From Steroidobacteraceae bacterium (GTDB taxonomy: Bacteria > Pseudomonadota > Gammaproteobacteria > Steroidobacterales > Steroidobacteraceae), in NCBI GenBank assembly GCA_035504115.1, contig DATJSL010000030.1:19864-43863 (forward strand): a stretch of 24,000 bases of DNA, read 5' to 3'. How positions within the stretch are numbered: the stretch's first letter is position 1; each line of letters opens with the position of its first letter. Shown one piece after another: positions 20,581 to 24,000 of this stretch. The notes under the pieces were generated by a model. The model was not told the origin of the DNA. It saw nothing but the letters and a program-made list of their open reading frames with translations, and made no database searches. Made by a program: the position numbers and the translations under genes.

Positions 20581-20621
20581 TAACCAATCGCCTAGGGAGA
20601 GCAATAGGCGAGAAGAGGTCT
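20571..20621 (+). promoter_or_regulatory. Candidate expression platform: nested inverted repeats that can mask a Shine-Dalgarno sequence
   Basis: Outer arms AGACC (20571-20575)/GGTCT (20617-20621); inner arms TCGCCTA (20588-20594)/TAGGCGA (20605-20611). GAGG (20615-20618) overlaps the outer 3' arm, 5 nt before an ATG. Confidence 0.5.
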
Positions 20622-20623
20622 GA

Positions 20624-20737
20624 ATGGACGTTCTGATGGATTCATCGATTGCGCTGCGGGATCCGCGCAGTTCTCATTTTTGCGACATGCCGGCGCCTCA
20701 CGGTCATTACCGTGAGTCTCTTCACGTTCTCATTTAA
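20624..20737 (+). CDS. Putative small ORF (37 aa) between riboswitch and pilM
   Basis: AAGAGG-TCTGA-ATG context; translation MDVLMDSSIALRDPRSSHFCDMPAPHGHYRESLHVLI*. No homology evidence available. Confidence 0.35.
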   Translation: MDVLMDSSIALRDPRSSHFCDMPAPHGHYRESLHVLI

Positions 20738-20815
20738 CAGTTTTCGCTAACTTTGAGCATCTATGTCAGCGTCCCCCACCGCGCTCCAACGTGTTGAGCG
20801 AAAAGGAATATTCTA

Positions 20816-21880
20816 GTGTTCGCGCTAGGTAAACGTTACCGTCCGCTGCTGGGGCTGGACATCACCACCTCGTCGGTGAAGCTGATCGAGCTGACCATGT
20901 CGGGTGGGCAATACCGGGTCGAGTCCTATGCCGCGGAGCCGACCCCGCACAATGCCATCAACGAGAAGGTCATCGTCGACGCCGAAGCGGTCGGCGAGGC
21001 GATCCGCCGCGCCGTGAAGCGCTCCGGCGCGAAGAGCCGCCTCGCGGCCATCGCCATCTCCGGCGATGCCGCCATCACCAAGGTCATCCAGATGCCCAAG
21101 ACCCTCGGTGAGCACGAGCTCGAGGGCCAGGTCGAGATGCAGGCCGACCAGTACATCCCCTTCCCCATGGAGGAGGTGAGCTACGACTTCCAGGTCGTCG
21201 GCCCGTCCGAGAAGGACCCGGACATGCTCGACGTGCTGCTGGTGGCGACGCGCACCGAGAACGTCGAGCAGCGCCAGGCGGCGGTTCAGGCCTCGGGCTT
21301 GACGGCGCAGATCGTCGACGTCGAGGCGTTCGCCCTCGAGAACGCCTGCGCTCTGATGCGCCATCAGATGCCGGACGGCGGCATGGACCGCACCGTCGCG
21401 GTGGTCGATTTCGGCGCGAGCAGCACGACCTTCAGCGTGCTGCGCGACCTCAAGGTCGTCTACACCCGCGACTTCGCCTTCGGCGGCCAGCAGCTCACCG
21501 AGGAGATCATGCGCACCTACGGGCTGTCCATGGAGGAAGCGGGGCGCGCCAAGAAGGAAGGCGGATTGCCGAGCAACTATCAGCCCGAGGTCCTCGACCC
21601 GTTCATCGACGACATGACGCAGCAGGTGAGCCGCTCGCTGCAGTTCTACCTCGCCTCGGGCAGCGGCCGCTCGCAGCCGGACCAGATCCTCGTGTGCGGC
21701 GGCTGCGCCAACATACCCGGCGTCGCCGAGGTGATCTCCAGCCGCGTCGGCGTGGCCGCCGACAAGGGCGATCCGCTCGGCAACATGAAGGTGTCGTCGA
21801 AAGCCAAAGCGCAGGCGGTGAGCCGCGACGCAACGGCCTTGCTTACCGCCTGCGGCCTCGCGCTGCGCAGCTTCGACTGA
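20816..21880 (+). CDS. pilM: Type IV pilus assembly protein PilM (354 aa, GTG start)
   Basis: MFALGKRYRPLLGLDITTSSVKLIEL, QYIPFPMEEVSYDFQVVG, DFGASSTTFSVLRD, ILVCGGCANIPGVAEVIS. AAAAGGA lies upstream of GTG. Confidence 0.97.
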   Translation: MFALGKRYRPLLGLDITTSSVKLIELTMSGGQYRVESYAAEPTPHNAINEKVIVDAEAVGEAIRRAVKRSGAKSRLAAIAISGDAAITKVIQMPKTLGEHELEGQVEMQADQYIPFPMEEVSYDFQVVGPSEKDPDMLDVLLVATRTENVEQRQAAVQASGLTAQIVDVEAFALENACALMRHQMPDGGMDRTVAVVDFGASSTTFSVLRDLKVVYTRDFAFGGQQLTEEIMRTYGLSMEEAGRAKKEGGLPSNYQPEVLDPFIDDMTQQVSRSLQFYLASGSGRSQPDQILVCGGCANIPGVAEVISSRVGVAADKGDPLGNMKVSSKAKAQAVSRDATALLTACGLALRSFD

Positions 21881-21888
21881 GGGGTGCC

Positions 21889-22476
21889 ATGCCGCGTATC
21901 AATCTACTTCCCCACCGCGAACAAGAGCGCAAGCGACGCCGCCGCGAATTCGGCGTCGCCGTGATCGGGGCGCTGCTCGCCGGTGCCGTCGTCGCCGGCG
22001 GAGCCAAGGTGGTCTATTCGACCTGGATCGACGCTCAGACCGAGAAGAACAACCTCCTGAAGAAGGAGATCGTGAAGCTCGATGCCGAGATCGCCGACAT
22101 CCAGGACCTCGAGACGCGCAAGCAGCGCCTGGTGGCGCGCATGGAGATCATCGACAAGCTGCAGCGCAAGCGTCCGGAAATCGTGCATCAGTTCGACGAG
22201 CTGGTGCGCACCGTGCCCGACGGCGTCTATCTGACCTCGATCAAGCAGAGCGGCAACAAGCTCGAGCTCAAGGGCGTGGCGCAATCGAGCACGCGCGTAT
22301 CGACCTTCATGCGCAACATCGACGCCTCGGCCTGGATGGATAACCCCGAGCTGCAGGTGGTGGAGACGGCCAAGGACTCGCCCACCGGCGGATCGAACTT
22401 CACCGTGTTCGCCAACACCGTGGGGGTCAATCTCGACGAAGGCGGCGAAACCACGGTCAAGAAGGCAGCAAAATGA
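21889..22476 (+). CDS. pilN: Type IV pilus assembly protein PilN (195 aa)
   Basis: MPRINLLPHREQERKRRRREFGVAVIGALLAGAVVAGG; in order after pilM. The track ORF from 21694 is over-extended. Confidence 0.95.
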   Translation: MPRINLLPHREQERKRRRREFGVAVIGALLAGAVVAGGAKVVYSTWIDAQTEKNNLLKKEIVKLDAEIADIQDLETRKQRLVARMEIIDKLQRKRPEIVHQFDELVRTVPDGVYLTSIKQSGNKLELKGVAQSSTRVSTFMRNIDASAWMDNPELQVVETAKDSPTGGSNFTVFANTVGVNLDEGGETTVKKAAK

Positions 22477-23120
22477 AGTTGCTCGAAGAGCTCAAATCGA
22501 TCGACCCGCGCGACCCCGGCCGCTGGCCGCTGGTGGTGCGCGGCTTCTTCGTCCTCGTGGTATTCGTCCTGTGCGCCGGATTCTTCACGTACATGTTCGT
22601 GTGGAACGAGGATCGGCCGGTGCTGCAGAAGGCCGAGGCGGACGAGCTCGATCTGCGCACGCAGTTCGAGAACAAGCAGCAGCGGGCCGTCAATCTCGAC
22701 GCCTACAAGGCGCAGCTCGCGGACATGGAGCGCTCCTTCGGCGCGATGCTGCGCCAGCTGCCCGGCAAGACCGAAGTGCCGAATCTGCTGGTCGACATCT
22801 CCCAGACCGGCCTCGCCGCGGGCCTGAGCGAGAAGCTGTTCCAGCCCGGTGCCGAGAAGAGCAACGGCTTCTACGCGGAGCTGCCCATCAAGATCAGGCT
22901 GGTCGGCTCCTACCATCAGTTCGGCGCCTTCGTCAGCGGCATCGCCGCTCTGCCGCGCATCGTCACGCTGCACGACATCCAGATCACTCCCGTCGACAGC
23001 AAGGTCGGCGGCTACGACAACCTGACCATGGATGTGACCGCCAAGACCTATCGGTACATCGAGGACGAGGGCGGCGCCAAGCCCGCTCCGAAGAAGAAGA
23101 CAAAAGGAGGCGCTTCGTGA
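22473..23120 (+). CDS. pilO: Type IV pilus assembly protein PilO (215 aa)
   Basis: MKLLEELKSIDPRDPGRWPLVVRGFFVLVVFVLCAGFFTYMFVW..MLRQLPGKTEVPNLLVDISQTGLAAGL. Start overlaps the pilN stop (ATGA). Confidence 0.96.
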   Translation: MKLLEELKSIDPRDPGRWPLVVRGFFVLVVFVLCAGFFTYMFVWNEDRPVLQKAEADELDLRTQFENKQQRAVNLDAYKAQLADMERSFGAMLRQLPGKTEVPNLLVDISQTGLAAGLSEKLFQPGAEKSNGFYAELPIKIRLVGSYHQFGAFVSGIAALPRIVTLHDIQITPVDSKVGGYDNLTMDVTAKTYRYIEDEGGAKPAPKKKTKGGAS

Positions 23121-23647
23121 ACTTGAGACCCAAGTCCCGCCGCGCCGCGGGCGTGCGCAGCGTCTGCGCGGTCGCGCTCGCAGGCTGCGTGATGGCGGGT
23201 TGCTCGGGCGGCCAGTCGGACCTGCAGCAGTGGATCGCGATGACCAAGAAGAAGCCCGGCGGCCGGATCCAGCCGCTGCCCGAGGTCAAGCCCTACGAGA
23301 GCTTCGTGTACAGCGCGAGCAATCTGCGCTCTCCGTTCCAGCCGGCCAGCCCGAACCTCGCCAACGGCGGCGTGCGGCCGACCGTGCGGCGCAACCGGGA
23401 GTTCCTGGAAAACTTCTCGCTCGACACGCTGAAGATGGTGGGCACGTTCAAGGTGGGAAACAGCTTCTATGGACTGGTGCAATCCAAGGACGGCCTGGTG
23501 CACAAGGTTCAGCCCGGCAACTACATGGGCCAGAACGACGGCAAGGTGACTGAGATTACGGCCAGCAAAATAAGCCTCATCGAGATCATACCGGACGGTC
23601 TCGGCGGCTACATCGAGCGACCGGCCTCATTGGCATTGACTGATTGA
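23117..23647 (+). CDS. pilP: Type IV pilus assembly lipoprotein PilP (176 aa, GTG start)
   Basis: Lipobox-like LAGC (..VALAGCVMAGC), FVYSASNLRSPF, LDTLKMVGTF..YGLVQSKDGLVHKVQPGNYMGQNDGKVTEI. GTGA overlap with pilO; the track ORF from 22571 is over-extended. Confidence 0.95.
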   Translation: MNLRPKSRRAAGVRSVCAVALAGCVMAGCSGGQSDLQQWIAMTKKKPGGRIQPLPEVKPYESFVYSASNLRSPFQPASPNLANGGVRPTVRRNREFLENFSLDTLKMVGTFKVGNSFYGLVQSKDGLVHKVQPGNYMGQNDGKVTEITASKISLIEIIPDGLGGYIERPASLALTD

Positions 23648-23670
23648 TGGGGCCACAGGGAGAGCAACGC

Positions 23671-24000
23671 ATGAGCAGATTCAAGACACGAATGGCGATG
23701 ATCGGCGTAATGGCGCTCGCCGCATTATCGGTATTCGCCCCGAGGACCGAGGCGCAGGGCGCAGGCGCGCTCAAGCTCGAGTCCATCGACGTCCAGACGC
23801 TGTCCGGCCAGCAGGTCGAGCTCAAGCTCCACTTGAGCGGGCCGGCGAGCGAGCCCTTGCCGTTCACCATCGACAAGCCGGCGCGCATCGCGCTCGACCT
23901 CGCGAACACCTCGCTCGCGCTGCCCTCGCGCCGCATCGACGTGCGCTCCGGCGGCGTGGATTCCGTGCTTGCGGCCGAAGCGAACGGCCGCTCGCGCATC
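23671..24000 (+). CDS. pilQ: Type IV pilus secretin PilQ, N-terminal AMIN region (truncated by window end)
   Basis: MSRFKTRMAMIGVMALAALSVFAPRTEAQGAGALKLESIDVQTLSGQQVELKLHLSGPASEPLPFTIDKPARIALDLANTSLALPSRRIDV. Position after pilP. Confidence 0.93.
   Translation, partial: MSRFKTRMAMIGVMALAALSVFAPRTEAQGAGALKLESIDVQTLSGQQVELKLHLSGPASEPLPFTIDKPARIALDLANTSLALPSRRIDVRSGGVDSVLAAEANGRSRI

Overview
This is a GC-rich chromosomal window that looks like a free-living gammaproteobacterium (lineage inferred only from gene content and order). No CRISPR array, transposase, integrase, rRNA or tRNA could be supported. Minus strand, left end: ridA (partial), spoT/rsh, rpoZ, gmk and yicC. Plus strand: a PP2C phosphatase, rph, rdgB, hemW, then an unusual 386-bp intergenic region, rpmE, gltA, a secreted PQQ-type beta-propeller protein and an S1C-type trypsin-like protease. 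Minus strand: a compact cluster in transcription order mrcA/ponA, a conserved protein with a possible nucleotidyltransferase motif, bioB, bioF, bioD and bioA. Plus strand, right end: pilM, pilN, pilO, pilP and pilQ (truncated). The most interesting element is in the mrcA/pilM intergenic region. It is a well-matched GEMM-I (cyclic di-GMP-I-like) riboswitch aptamer, followed by nested inverted repeats that could mask a Shine-Dalgarno sequence, and then an unannotated 37-codon ORF before the pilMNOPQ operon. The second is the hemW-rpmE intergenic region. It has three matches to the DnaA-box consensus TTWTNCACA next to a sharply AT-rich tract, resembling an origin or DnaA-titration site. Smaller points are a 9-residue-period in-frame tandem repeat at the end of bioD, a bio operon without bioC/bioH between bioF and bioD, and a possible structured leader of rpmE.
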